The notes beneath the pieces are model-generated. The model was not told where the DNA came from and searched no databases. It saw only the letters and a program-made list of their open reading frames with translations. 64,000 nt of DNA, taken from assembly GCA_030390025.1 (NCBI GenBank), contig CM059432.1, positions 33,978,001 through 34,042,000 of the forward strand, in the 5' to 3' direction. The position numbers were made by a program, and so were the translations under genes. The DNA is from Squalus acanthias (lineage: Eukaryota). This document shows positions 1 to 12,407 of this stretch, piece by piece (position 1 is the stretch's first letter; each line of letters starts with the position of its first letter).

Positions 1-1039
1 TTGACAACACACCGTCCAAATGTTCTTCCTGCTTCCTCCGTTATCACTGTGCTGAAATCAAGAATCATTGTATTGTCTCCTATAATCAGTGGATGCGAAT
101 TCGAAGTCCAGGTGAATGAGGGTCAAAATTCAGAAATGATCACAAGGTTGCCAGATGGGTTGAGATGAAAAAGATCATTTTTGGCCCAATTGATCTCATC
201 TTCCAGGATGCCAAACCCATCATCTTCCCATCGAACTATATCTTAACGAGGTCACAAGATGGATTCAGATGAAGAAGGCTATTTCACTCTTTCGAAAGCG
301 AGCTCGAAGTTCTGGGAGCTTGATGCATGGGGAATCCTGGGTACAGATCGAACCCCTTGGGACAGTGTGGTATGAGAACGTTGGTTTGGGATTATGGCCT
401 TCAATAGAAAATTTGAGAGTTAACACTGGTCTGCACAAATTACTATCTTTGTCAGATAATTATTTACAATTCTTCTTGAGGTGTCAGAATTGGCCCTCAT
501 TTTCCTCCAGACTCACAGAGAAGAAAGTTATCCATCTGATTCACAGCTGTTCTCACAGCTGTTTGGATTACAAAAAAGGAACCAGCACAGATAAGTTAAA
601 TATTTGTAAGCACGTGAGAACATTATGGAATTCTTTAAGAAACAATACATTTGAAGGTGCTTCCTCCCTCACAGTCCCAGTTTCCTTCAGGAATCCCAAC
701 GGATTGGACAGGCTAGGGTGGGATTGTTGTCAATCTTGTACCCGCAGTACATGATAAAGTCTGCTAACTAGGTTAGCCAGGGTGATATTTGAGCTAAAAC
801 CAGAACAGTGCTTCAAGTTAAACTGTGACAGTAGGCTGAGGTGGGGGGAGGGGGCACAAGTTCCCAAACTGGGGCAGGGCAAATGACATCTTCTGTGACA
901 GTGACCATGGTGTATTTTTCCTCCTCATCCTCCTCACCCTCCCTGCAGTCCCTGCACAGTTCACTGTACCATCCTCCTCCAATGCCTCTCCTCTGTTGTT
1001 CTGCTCAGTGGGACTGCCCTCACATAGATCGATTCTTAC

Positions 1040-1765
1040 CTATCCAGTCGTAGCCAGAGTATTTCTAGCAATGGCTTCTCTTCCCGCCCCTGCACCATTA
1101 CCTCTGGCGTCCCCAAGGACCTGTCCTTGGGCCCTTCGATTTCTTCCTCTACCTGCTGCCTCTTGGCAACATAATCCTGACATTGGGGTCAGCTTTCACA
1201 TGTACACTAATGACACACAGCTCTACCTCGCCACCACTTCTCTCGACCCCTCCACGACCTCTGTGCTGTCAGACTGTTTGTCTGACATCCAGTCTTAGAT
1301 GAGCTACAATTTTCTGCAACTAAACTTTGAGAAGGCCGAAACACTTGGCTTCAGCCCTGTCATATACTTTGTACAAATCTCCACAAATTCCATCCCCCTT
1401 CCTGGCCGCTGTTTCATGCTGGGTCAGACTGTTCGCAACCTAGGCATCCTAATCAGCCCTGAGCTGAATTTATGCCCCTATATCCTGTCCATGATAAAGA
1501 CCGCCTACTTCCATCTCCGTAATATCAACGCCTTCACCCCTTCCTCAGTCTTTCTCACCTCCAGTCTTGACTATTCCAATGCTCTTCTGGGCAACCTCCC
1601 ACCCTCCATAAAGATCAGCTCATTCAAAATTCTACTGCCCGTATCCTAACCTGCACCAAGTCCCAGTCACCCATCACCTCTGTCCTCACTGAACTACATT
1701 GGCTCTTGGTCCACAAATGCCTCAAATTTAAATTGCTAATCTTTCTGCTTAAATACCCTCATGGT
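1040..1765 (+). mobile_element. Decayed L2-like LINE, RT C-terminal fragment
   Basis: ORFs 996-1298 and 1299-1649 give FHMYTNDTQLY (YADD-equivalent), LSDCLSDIQS*MSYNFLQLN, VRNLGIL, TAYFHLRNI, TSSLDYSNALL; broken by stops. Confidence 0.8.
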
Positions 1766-1867
1766 TGTGTGCTCATGCTTGCTCAAGAGCAGCATATCAC
1801 AACCACTGCATTAATGCTCCAACCAGACACTAGAGTCTGTGGGCATTCGCAGGGGTTTTATGGAATT

Positions 1868-4090
1868 TTTCTTCATTTGTTCCTGGGATGTGGGTGTCAC
1901 TGGCAAGGCCAGCATTTATTACCCATCCCTAATTGGCCTTGACAAGATGGTGGTGAGCAGCCTTGTTGAACCGTTGCAGTTCGTGTGGTGAAGGTACACC
2001 CATAATGCTGTTAGGGAGTGAGTTCCAGGATTTTGACGATGAAGGAATCGGCTATATATTTCCATGTCAGGGTGGTGTGTGACTTGGAGGGGAACTTGGA
2101 GGTGGTGGTGTTCCCATGCGCCTGCTGCCCTTGTCCTTCTAGGTGGTAGAGGTCGCAGGTTTGGGAGGTGCTGCCGAAGAAGCCGTGGCGAGTTCCTGCA
2201 GTGCATCTTGTAGATGGTACACACTGCAGCCACTGTACACTGGTCGTGGAGGGAGTGAATGTTTAAGGTGGTGGATGGGGTGCCAATCAAGTGGGTTGCT
2301 TTGTCTTGGATGGTGTTGAGCTTCTTGAGTGTTGTTGGAGCTGCACTCATCCAGGCAAGTGGAGAGTATTCCATCACACTCCTTACTTGTGCCTTGTAGA
2401 TGGTGGAAAGGCTTTGGGGAGTCAGGAGGTGAGACACTCGCCGCAGAATACCCAGCCTCTGACCTGCTCTTGTAGCCACAGTATTTATGTGGCTGGTCCA
2501 GTTACGTTCCTGGTCAATGGTGACCCCCAGGATGTTGATGGTGGGGGATCCGGCGATGGTAATGCCATTGAATGTCAAGGGACAGTGGTTAGACGCTCTC
2601 TTGTTGGAGATAGTCATTGCCTGGCACTTGTGTGGCGTGAATGTTACTTGCCATTTATCAGCCCAAACCTGAATGTTGTCCAGGTCTTGCTGCATGCAGG
2701 CATGGACTGCTTCATTATCTGAGGAGTTGCGAATGGAACTGAAAACTGTGCAATCATCAGCGAACATCCCCACTTCTGACCTTATGATGGAGGAAGGTCA
2801 TTGATGAAGCAGCTGAAGATGGTTGGGCCTAGGACACTGCCCTGAGACCTCTGCAGCGATGTTCTGGGGCTGAGATGATTGGCCTCCAACAACCCGAATC
2901 ATCTTCCTTTCTGCTAGATATGACTCCACCCAGTGGAGAATTTTTCCCCTGATTCCCATTGACTGTAATTTTACTAGGGCTCCTTGATGCCACACTTGGT
3001 CAAATGCTGCCTTGATGTCAAGGGCAGTCATTCTCACCTCACCTCTGGAATTCAGCACTTTTGTCCATGTTTGGACCAAGGCTGTAATGAGGTCTGAAGC
3101 CGAGTGGTCCTGGTGGAACCCAAATTGATCATCGGTGAGCAGATTATTGGTGAGTAAGTGCCGCTTGATAGCACTTTCAACGACACCTTCCATCACTTTG
3201 CTGATGATTGAGACTAGACTGATGGGGCGGTAATTGGCCGGATTGGATTTCTCTTGCTTTTTGTGGACAGGACATACCTGGGCAGCTTTCTACATTGTCG
3301 GGTAGATGCCAGTGTTGTAGCTGTACTGGAACAGCTTGGCTTGAGGCGCAGCTAGTTCTGGAGCACATGTCTTCAGAACGACAGCCGAGATGTTATCGGG
3401 GCCCATAACTTTTGCTGTATCCAGTGCACTCAGCCGTTTCTTGACATCACGTGGAGTGAATCAAATTGGCTGAAGACTGGCTTCTGTGATGGTGGGGACC
3501 TCCGGAAGAGGCCGAGATGGATCATCCACTCGGCACTTCTGGTTGAAGATGGTTGCAAACGCTTCAGCCTTGTCTTTTGCACTCGCGTGCTGGGCTCCGC
3601 CATCATTGAGAATGGGAATGTTCATGGAGCCTCCTCCTCCCGTTAGTTGTTTAATTCTCCACCACCATTCATGACTGGATGTGGCAAGACTACAAAGCTT
3701 AAATCTGATCCGTTGGTTGTGGGATCGCTTAGCTGTGTCAACAGCATGCTGTTTCCGCTGTTTAGCATGTAGCTTCCGCAGGTTGGCACTTCATTTTAAG
3801 GTACACCTGGTGCTGCTCCTGGCATGCTCTTCTACACTCTTCATTGGACCAGGGTTGGTCCCCTGGCTTGATGGTAGTGGTAGAGTGAGGGATATATCGG
3901 GCCATGAGGTTACAGATTATGGTGAAATACAATTCTGCTACAGGCCTCATGAATGCCCAGTTTTGAGCTGTTAGATCTGTTCTGAATCTATCCCATTTAG
4001 CACGGTGGTAGTGCCACACAACATGATGGAGGATGTCGTCAGTGTGAAGACGAGACTTCGTCTCCACAAAAAGTGTATCCTCATCCTGCA
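1868..4090 (-). mobile_element. 5'-truncated non-LTR retrotransposon (CR1/L2 group), frameshifted RT ORF with 3' end
   Basis: Minus-strand ORFs: ALDIKAAFDQVWHQG, QFGFHQDHSA, FADDCTVF, LGVTIDQERNW, YKAQVRSVMEY; 3' terminus near 1870. Confidence 0.85.
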
Positions 4091-4535
4091 CTGTGTCACT
4101 ACCACAACCATAGTTATATTGCAGAATCCCTTCTACTTGGAAGGGTTTTGCAAAATATAGTGGTTCTTGATGCTCTGAGTACTAGATAATACACTTTTCA
4201 TATTGCTATCAATGAAGGAGGCAAACGCCACATATCCCAACAGCATCCAACTTAACAGGGTTCGGCGACCGACCATCTAAAGCAGCACAATACAAGAAGG
4301 CTCCTTCCCACTGGCTCTCCAATATGCCCTCTAGGGACTAGTGGCATGCTGTTAAAGATAAACTGGGAGGTTGGAGGTCATCTGTCACTGCTTGAGTGCT
4401 AATCTCTTGGTGCCCCAGTGCCAACAAGTTTTTAACATTAGCCTGCACTGTGTCACTACTAATACCCTAGTTATATTGTAGAATCCCTTCTACTTTGAAG
4501 GATTTTGCAAAATGTAGTGGTTCTTGATGCTCTGA
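4085..4535. repeat. 94-bp imperfect direct repeat (4085-4178 and 4442-4535)
   Basis: Both copies run cctgcactgtgtcacta...gtggttcttgatgctctga. Confidence 0.85.
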
Positions 4536-4784
4536 TAACACCAAGAGGAGTAATTCGGAGCATTGGTCTCGACAGGTGAGCGACTGCACATGCTCACAAT
4601 TGCGCATGAGCGGTTGCTTCCAAGTCGCTTCCTGGCTGTATCTCAGTTTCAGATGTTAGGGGGAGGTGCATATTAGCTGGCAACGTTGAAGGGACTTTGT
4701 AAGTGGCTGGCGGTTGGAGAAGATGGCAGCAAATAGTTGCATATGGTGCTGGAGGTAGCCATTTCAACACCACTGAAGGCATCT

Positions 4785-5000
4785 ACAGGTGGACGTCAAA
4801 GATCCCATGGCACTATTTGGAGCACAGGAAGTTCTCCCAGTATCCTGACTAACATTCCTCCCTCAATCAATGTCACAAACAGTAGATTAACTGGCCATTT
4901 CTCTCCTTTGCTGTTTATAGGATTTTGTTACATGCAAAATGGCTGCTATGCTTACAGACATACCAACAGTCTCTGCACTCCAAATATCACTCATTCATAG
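4785..5000 (+). mobile_element. SacSINE1-like (Deu-domain) SINE fragment
   Basis: caggtggacgtcaaagatcccatggcactatt... matches the middle of the full SINE at 41982-42437. Confidence 0.7.
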
Positions 5001-5025
5001 GAACATAGAAACATAGGAATAGGAG

Positions 5026-5165
5026 CAACGTTCCCTGTAAGCTGCATGGCCACCGGGCCACGCAACGCTCCCATGGTCCATGCAGCCGGCTTTTCAATAG
5101 AAAAACTACACATGTGCGGTATTTTGAATGGGCTGCGTGGCCCCCAAACAATTACAGGAACATTG
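5026..5165. mobile_element. 140-bp hAT-type MITE
   Basis: TIRs CAACGTTCCCTGTAA / TTACAGGAACATTG; perfect 8-bp TSD AATAGGAG (5018-5025, 5166-5173); sits in a CR1 3' tail. Confidence 0.8.
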
Positions 5166-5774
5166 AATAGGAGTAGGCCATGTCAATGGGCAGAAAATCT
5201 AACACAAATCTTTCTTGAAGTGGGCTGTTTAACTTTTAAAGTATAAGACAATGGAATTGGGTATGGAAATATTCCAAGTATTTCTGCTCTTTTTTAAGAT
5301 AACAAATTATTCTTCCCCAACCCCATCTCCATTTTAATGCATGACATCTGATGGAAGAGAGGTGTGAGCTCATTAGTTCTGTGTCTTGCCTTTGACTCCT
5401 GCAGGATAAGGCCCTGAATCCTGCGCAGGATATATACTGCAAGTTTTAAGTTATTTGGCAGGAGCTATAAATGGAATAATATTGTGTCAATAACAAAACA
5501 ATACAGAGTATGAAGCGTTGACCTGGAGGTCAATTGTTTATCTACCATTGTTACAGGTTTCTTCATTTCTGTTATTAAAAAAATATTTATCTCAGGCAAT
5601 TGGGTGGTGCAGTTGTTTTAAAAATTGCCCTTTCACCTTGCGGATCATGGTGTCAAACCAAGCCCAGTGAGACAGGATGAGTGTCTTCTCTCTCTCTCTC
5701 TGCAGTTTATTAACTTAATTGTGTTATGGGGTTGTCTAAATCCTGTTCACAATAGCTGCAAATCATCAAGTCAT

Positions 5775-6230
5775 CAAGAGGGCTGTCCTATGATGAGAGA
5801 TTGTGTAGAATGGGCCTATACTCTGGAGTTTAGAAGAATGAGAGGTGATCTCATTGAAACATGCAAGATTCTGAGGGGGATTGACAGGGTAGATGCTGAG
5901 AGGATGTTTCCCCTGGCTGGAGTATCTAGAACTAGGGGCATAGTCTCAGGATAATGGGTAGGCCATTTAAGACCGAGATGAGGAGGAATTCCCTCACTCA
6001 GAGGGTTGTGAATCTTTGGAATTCTCTGCCCCAGAGGGCTGTGGATGCTGAGTCTTTGAGTATATTCAAGGCTGAGATAGATAGATTTTTGGACTCTAGG
6101 GGAATCAAGGGATATGGAGATCGGGTGGGAAAGTGGAACTGCGATCGATGATCAGCCATGATCTTATTGAATGGCAGAGCAGGCTTGAGGGGCCGTATGG
6201 CCCACTCCTGCTCCTATTTCTTATGCTCTT
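5775..6230 (+). mobile_element. CR1 (HER1-like) LINE 3' fragment
   Basis: LEFRRMRGDLIETCKIL, RVVNLWNSLPQRAV plus CR1 3'UTR ending ctcctatttcttatg. Confidence 0.9.
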
Positions 6231-6379
6231 ATCAGCACAAAATTCCCCATATTTGGGCATAAATTGGCATCACAAAGCCTCAGTGTCAATCAGAGAGGGC
6301 ACAAATTTCAGTGTTGGAAATAAGACTGTCACATCATCATAGCTTGGGGCAGAGGCAGCTTGTTGCAACTGAATAGGAG

Positions 6380-6870
6380 TGTCACTCTGTATCTAACCTG
6401 TGCTCTACCTTACCGGGAAGTGTTTGATATGGCAATGTAAAGGAAGCTTTAGAACATAAGAAATAGGAGCAGGTGTAGGCCATATGGCACCTAACTCTGC
6501 ATCTAACCAGTACAGTGCCCGCGCTGGGAGTGTTTGAAGGGACAGTGTAGAGGGAGCTTTACTCTATATCTAACCCGTGCTGTACCTAATCAGATAGTGA
6601 TTGATGGGACAGTGTAGAGCGAGCTTTGCTCTGTATCTATCCCGTGCTGTACCTGCCCTGGGACTGTTTGATAGGACAGTGTAGAGCGAGCTTTACTCTA
6701 TATCTAACCCGTGCTGTACCTGATCAGATAGTGATTGATGGGACAGTGTAGAGCGAGCTTTGCTCTGTATCTATCCCGTGCTGTACCTGCCCTGGGACTG
6801 CTTGATGGGACAGTGTAGAGGGAGCTTTATTCTGTATATATCCTGCCATGTACCTTCCCAGGGAGTGTAT
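6380..6870 (+). repeat. ~65-bp tandem repeat
   Basis: Units of gggacagtgtagagggagctttactctgtatctaacccgtgctgtacctgccctgggagtgtttgat. Confidence 0.9.
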
Positions 6871-8539
6871 GATTGCAACAATGGGTAAGAAAAATGGAAA
6901 CATACTCAGTGTCTGGGAATTGAAATTATTTAACAAAATGACAAAAAAAAAATCCTACCTCATCTCTCCCCCACAACAGAAATAGCTCATGTTGTGTTCT
7001 TTGGTTTCAGGTGGTTGAAGCCACATGTTGTGGTTTTTGATGAACTAATTTGACTGTCAGTAGTCTTTGGCCACTTGCCCAAGTGACCATTCTTCATGTG
7101 TGAGCCTAGAGAGTGAGTGCTGATAGGTTATGTGTCTGTGGGGGAACAGCACAATCAAATCTGATCACCCAACGTTCACACGTGCATGTTTACCAGCATG
7201 AGTGGTGTCTCTACCTGATTATCCTCTCCTTATCCTGATGGCATCAAGACCAAACATAGCAGCCCTACTGCATCCCTGCTATCTCAGCACAGATGGGGAA
7301 ATCAATCCTGGGACTTTCTTAACCCTTACCTCTCAGCTAGGTACGAAGGGAGCATTATTACAGTGAGTCACTGGGAGAGTGGAGTCAGGCCTCAAGTACA
7401 GAGGCTGTACCCAAAAAAGAACTGTCAAGTAAATACCGTTACATATTACAGAGAATGCACAAAAAATCCAGTCAGACCTAATGTAAAAAGAATCATTTTC
7501 CAACCATCGTCCAGTGTTGAAACATCAGCAAAACTCATGCCAGGGATACTCTTGCAGTTCTTCCTGTCATTGGAGTTCCTCAACGCAATTTTGAGAAAAC
7601 TATCTAAGGCTTTATTTCCCTGCCGTTACTATGGGTCCATTCATTGTTATGTCAAAGGGGATTACTGCCATTTGAAAAGAAATTCATGGTAATGTGAATA
7701 ACAGTTTGTGGCAGAGCCGACAGAAGTCAATGGCATTAAATCCCGATTCCCAAACGTGTAAGGGACGGACAGTTTAAGCCATGAATTAGCCAAAGGATTA
7801 AAGGAATGATTGAGGAACTTGGGAAAGGGGAGGGGGCGGGGGAGCGATTTAGAATGGCACTAAATCAGCATTAAGAGTTATTTCGGAAAGGTTGGGGGTA
7901 ATTTCCCATCTAATCCTTTAGGCAAATGCAGGATGGTGAACAGATCTCTTTCCCACCCTCGTTGGTCCATTGTGGGCCGTGTTTGTTTAGGTAATTAAAA
8001 TGTGAGAGACAGAGGCTGCCGTTGTCTTTTGGGTTGCAATGCAGCTCAGCCGAACAAGGGTTTACAAATCTGACACGGAGCTCTCTTCAAAGCAAAGGCC
8101 TCAAGGTCTAAGATGCACACTGATGTCCTGCTTTTGACTGGAAGCTCGCAGGGGATGGGGTGGGTGGGGGGGGGGGAGGGTGGGGGGGAAGAGGGTCAAG
8201 GTATGTGAGAACTCTGATAACTGTTGACCAAATACGACTCCTTCAGTTAAAGACCTTAATCCCTCTGAACCTCCTACAGTGGCTCCTTTGGGGAGTGCAC
8301 TGCCCCACTGTCACTCCAAGCCACACAGAGCAGGAGGGTCTCAGCTTCCAATCCCCAATCTGTGCTGATTTAGATGATCTGCACTGCAGTGTTAGAAGAC
8401 TGCTACACTAAAAATGGTGAAAAAAGTCAGCAGTTCTATTCCTCATCCCTATCCAATGACTCGTGACAAAGTCCACAAGGTTCAAAATACTAGAGTCCAA
8501 TTAAGTTGGCTTGACAAATAACTAACAGTTGCAGCATTT

Positions 8540-8890
8540 TAATAGAATAAATAAGGAGAAACTGTTTCCACTGGCGGGTGGGTCGGTAACCAGAGGACAC
8601 AGATTTAAGATAATCGGCAAAAGATCCAGAGGAGAGATGAGATTTTTTTTATGCAGCGAGTTGTTACGGTCTGGAATGCACTGCCTGAAAGGGTGGTGGA
8701 AGCAGATTCAATAGTAACTTTCAAAAGGGAATTGGATATATATATATATGTATGAAAAGAAAAATTTGCAGGGCTATGGGCAAAGAGCGGGGAGAGTGGG
8801 ACTAAGCACAACTGCTCTTTCAAAGAGCCAGCACAAGCACGATGGACCGAATGGCCTCCTTCTGTGCTGTAGCATTCTATGATTCTATCA
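8540..8890 (+). mobile_element. CR1 LINE 3' fragment
   Basis: KEKLFPLAGGSVTRGHRFK; (attctatg)n-type tail. Confidence 0.85.
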
Positions 8891-9589
8891 TTTTAGTTCT
8901 GAGAAAGAAATCCAGTAAAATGGATGGCAAACATAAATGTGGGGGTGGGGGGGGCGCAATTTTAACTATATCCACCTGGCCGAAACCGGGTGGATGGGCA
9001 GTCAAAAACGAGCAGGTTACTCACCTGCTCAGAATACGTCCATTTCCGATATTAACCTGCAGGGTTTCACAGGCAGGAGCCTCATAAATTTATGCAAATC
9101 AGGATTCTAGTACGTCAATAGGACCCCGATGCATGTTTTAACTGGGGCCTGAGTGGGGGAGCCAGCGCAGTATTCCTGCCAGGCTGAAGCAGGTTGGCAG
9201 AGGGTCTGAAGACAGAAGTGGCCCTATAGGTTAGTCAGCTCTGAGGAGCAAGAATGCTGGGGTACCATTGTTCATATGAGTCTAGAAAGTGCGTATTAGC
9301 GGGCTGTTCAACCATTGTAGTGTCACTGCTGAGTCCCATCCTGTCCTCATCTAACTCTTTAGCTGGATAATGATCAACACCGGATGATAATGCTTTTCCT
9401 TTCTTACTTCAGGGATGCTGAATCCAACTTTAGCCGCCTCTCCCTCTCCCCATTGGTATTCCACTGAGATCAGCTAACTCAGCACAGACTGGGGGAACAA
9501 ACCTGGGCCTTCCTGGTCTGTGTGTCTCAAAGCACAAATATGAAGCAAAGGCGAGGGAAGGCTGCCAATAACCTCCGGACAATTTTGTT

Positions 9590-10010
9590 CTTTTTATTCA
9601 TTCTCAGGATGTGGGCGTCACTGGCAAGGTCGGCCTTAATTTCCCATCCCTAATTGCCCTGAGAAGGTGGCCAACTGAGTGGCTTGCTAGGCCACTTCTG
9701 AGGGCAGTTTAGAGTCAATCGCCCTCTGAAGTGGCCGAGCACTGTGGAACTGGAGTCACATATAGGCCAGACCAGGTAAGGACGGCAGGCTTCCTTCCCT
9801 AAAAGACATCAGTGAACCGGTTTGATTTTTACGACAATCCTACAGCTTCATGGTTACTTTTACTAATACCATATTTTTATTTTCACATTTTTTTAAATTG
9901 AATTCAAATTCTCAAACTGAAATGGTGGGATTTGAACCCACAGTTCACTGCATTGTTAGTCCAGGCCGATGGATTACTGGTCCAGTAACATAACAGTTAC
10001 AATACCTTCC
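9590..10010 (-). mobile_element. tRNA-derived SINE whose 3' tail matches the LINE at 1868-4090
   Basis: Minus-strand B-box GGTTCAAATCC near 9930-9940; tail ggatgtgggcgtcactggcaagg...catccctaattgcc also at 1885-1940; other copies near 19230-19650 and 28600-28810. Confidence 0.7.
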
Positions 10011-10059
10011 CCTAGATTGAAATAGGAGTATGGTTACTGCACGGAAAAGAACATTTTAA

Positions 10060-10280
10060 AAATCAGGAAATGCTGGACACACTCAGGAGGTCAGGCAGCA
10101 TCTGTGGAGAAAGAAATGTAGGGTTAAAGATTCCTGAGAACGTGTTCTGATGAAAGATCATTGACCTGTAATGTTAACCTTACGTTTCTCTCTCCACACA
10201 TGCTGCCTGACCTGCTGAGTGTTTCCAGTATTGTTTGTTGTTATTTTAGATTTCCAGCACCTGCAGATTTTGCTTTCTGA
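10060..10280. mobile_element. Older inverted Penelope-like pseudo-LTR pair with degenerate hammerhead core
   Basis: gctggacacactcaggaggtcaggcagcatctgtggaga is mirrored by tctccacacatgctgcctgacctgctgagtgtttccag; ctgatgaaagatcattgacctgtaatgtt lies between. Confidence 0.65.
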
Positions 10281-10924
10281 TTAAAAAAACCCCACATGAA
10301 TCTTGTTAAATGCTTGTTAAATTTTGGGGAGACTAATATTAAGCCTTTTCTTTCCTTTCTCTCTGCTCTACATCCTAGGATCTAACTTGCTAAAATCTTC
10401 CAGGGAGCAGTGCGTATTACTTCCTATTTCTGAACATCTCTAAGATTTTTGCCAAACACATCATTCCAGGCTTGCCATCCCTGCAATACTTTACCCAGGA
10501 ATGGATTTTGTTTTTTATTGCTATTGCGTTATTTCAGCTCATTAAGGAGCGTCGGACTTACTAATGGGCTGCTACCGTGGACGGATGCTGTGACATTTCA
10601 ATTACAGAATGCTCAAGTTCCCAGAGTCCTCTTATTTCATTCTCAGCCTGACGACATTACAGAGTTGACAGAAAGATCTCAGCACCAGGTGGCAAACTAA
10701 CAGATGCCAACACGTAAACATGGAACCAACAGCGGGTAACTGGCAGGCAGGCAGCTTCTGAAGCCTGATCACGCACTGTGACGAGATGTCTCCCTCAAAT
10801 TGTTTCTCGTTCTTCATTCCCATGTCCAGTCTTTGTCTTTTTCACATGACTTTCTTGCCAATTTTGTGCTCACCAAGAGTAAGAGATGTTAGTGCTGCAG
10901 AATGTCAGCATCAAGCATGCCTAT

Positions 10925-11435
10925 GTCAGGTAAAGCATGGGGTTCATATAGATAAAGCACTTTCTACACTGTCCCATCAAACACTCCCAGGCCAGTTACA
11001 GCACGGTTAGATAGAGAGTAAAACTCCGTCTACACTGTCCCATCAAAAGCACGAGTTAGATAGAGAGTAAAGCTCCGTCTACATTGTCCCAACACTCCCA
11101 GGTGACTTATGGTACTGGTTAGATACAGAGTAAAAGTTCCTCTACACTGTCCCATTATGCACTTATACACCATTTCCAACATGGGTTAGATACAGAGTAA
11201 AGCTCACATATGTATACATTTTATCCACCCTTTTGGTTCGTGCCTTTTCCTTTTTTTTCTCTCTCTCCCCCTACGGCAGCTGTCTCTCATTCTGCCAGCA
11301 TTTCACACTGTCCCATCAAATACTTCCAGGTCAGATACACCACGGGTTAAATACAGAGTAAAGCTCCCTCTACACTATCCCCATAAAACACTCCCAGGTG
11401 AGATATGGCACAGGTTAGATACAGAATAAAGCTTC
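10925..11435 (-). repeat. ~65-bp tandem repeat, same family as 6380-6870, opposite strand
   Basis: Repeated gttagatacagagtaaagctccctctacactgtcccatcaaacactccc. Confidence 0.9.
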
Positions 11436-11439
11436 TGCT

Positions 11440-12407
11440 ACTGTTGTAATGTAGGAAACGCAGCAACCAATTTGCAGACAGCAAGCTCCCATGAACAGCA
11501 ATGAAATAAATTACCAGATAATCTGTTTTTAGGTTTTGGTTGAGGAATAAATATTGGCCAGGACACCAGGAGAACGCGTCAGCTCTTCTTCGAATAGTCT
11601 CATAGGATCTTTTATGTTCACCTGAGAGAGCAGACAAGGCCCCAGTTTGACCCCGAGCTTCCGGTCGCTTGTCATTTTAATTCACCCCTCCACGCCCACT
11701 CAGACCTCACCGTCCTCGGCCTTGTGCATTGTTCCACGGAAGCTCAGCGTAAGCTCGAGGAACAGGACCTCATCTTTCGTTTAGGCACTTTACAGCCTTC
11801 CGGACTCAATATCGAGTTCAACAATTTCAGATCATAATCCCGGCCCCTACCACATATGTATACATTTTATCCACCCTTTTGGTTCGTGCCTTTTCCTTTT
11901 TTTTCTCTCTCTCCCCCTACGGCAGCTGTCTCTCATTCTGCCAGCATTTCACACCTCAGCTTTTGTTTCTTAACCTGTCCCATTACCATCTCGTCTTGCC
12001 TTGAGCATCTCTTAATGTCTCTACTTACCATAGACCATCCCTTTTGTTCTTTTATTCCTCCCCCCAGCCTCCCCCTTGCATTTTTATCTGTTTAATTTCT
12101 TGCTCTTCTCTCAGTTCCGACGAAGGGTTTCGACCTGAAACGTTAACTCTGTTTCTCTCTCCACGGATGTTGCCTGGCCTGCTGAGTTTTTCCAGCGTTT
12201 TCTGTTGTTATTTCGGATTTCCAGCATCCGCAGTATTTTGCTATCACCCCAGTTTAATGCCTCAGCTGAAAGTTGGCACTTCTGACAGTGCAGCACTCCC
12301 TCAGTACTGCACTGAAGTGTCAGCCTGTATGATGTGTTCAGGTCTCTGGAATGGGACTTGACCGTCTAACTCAGGCGAGTGTGGTACCACTGAGCCACGG
12401 CTGCCAC
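11440..12407 (-). mobile_element. SacSINE1-like SINE split by a Penelope insertion
   Basis: SINE halves 11440-11648 and 12247-12407 join at duplicated CCCCAGTTT. Confidence 0.8.
11649..12246 (+). mobile_element. 5'-truncated Penelope-like element (GIY-YIG C-terminus + pseudo-LTR)
   Basis: Translates ELPVACHFNSPLHAHSDLTVLGLVHCSTEAQRKLEEQDLIFRLGTLQPSGLNIEFNNFRS*; hammerhead-like ccgacgaagggtttcgacctgaaacgttaact near 12113-12148; 9-bp TSD CCCCAGTTT (11640-11648, 12247-12255). Confidence 0.85.

Noticed and set aside
269..754. 161-aa ORF
   Set aside because: No recognisable domain; the region looks like decayed repeat or intronic sequence
6380..6870. Regular repeats resembling a CRISPR array
   Set aside because: Head-to-tail ~65-bp units without unique spacers, no cas genes, eukaryotic context
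7363..7692. Possible coding exon (109-aa + ORF; minus-strand MSFADVSTLDDGWKMILF...)
   Set aside because: No recognisable homology or convincing splice-site pair
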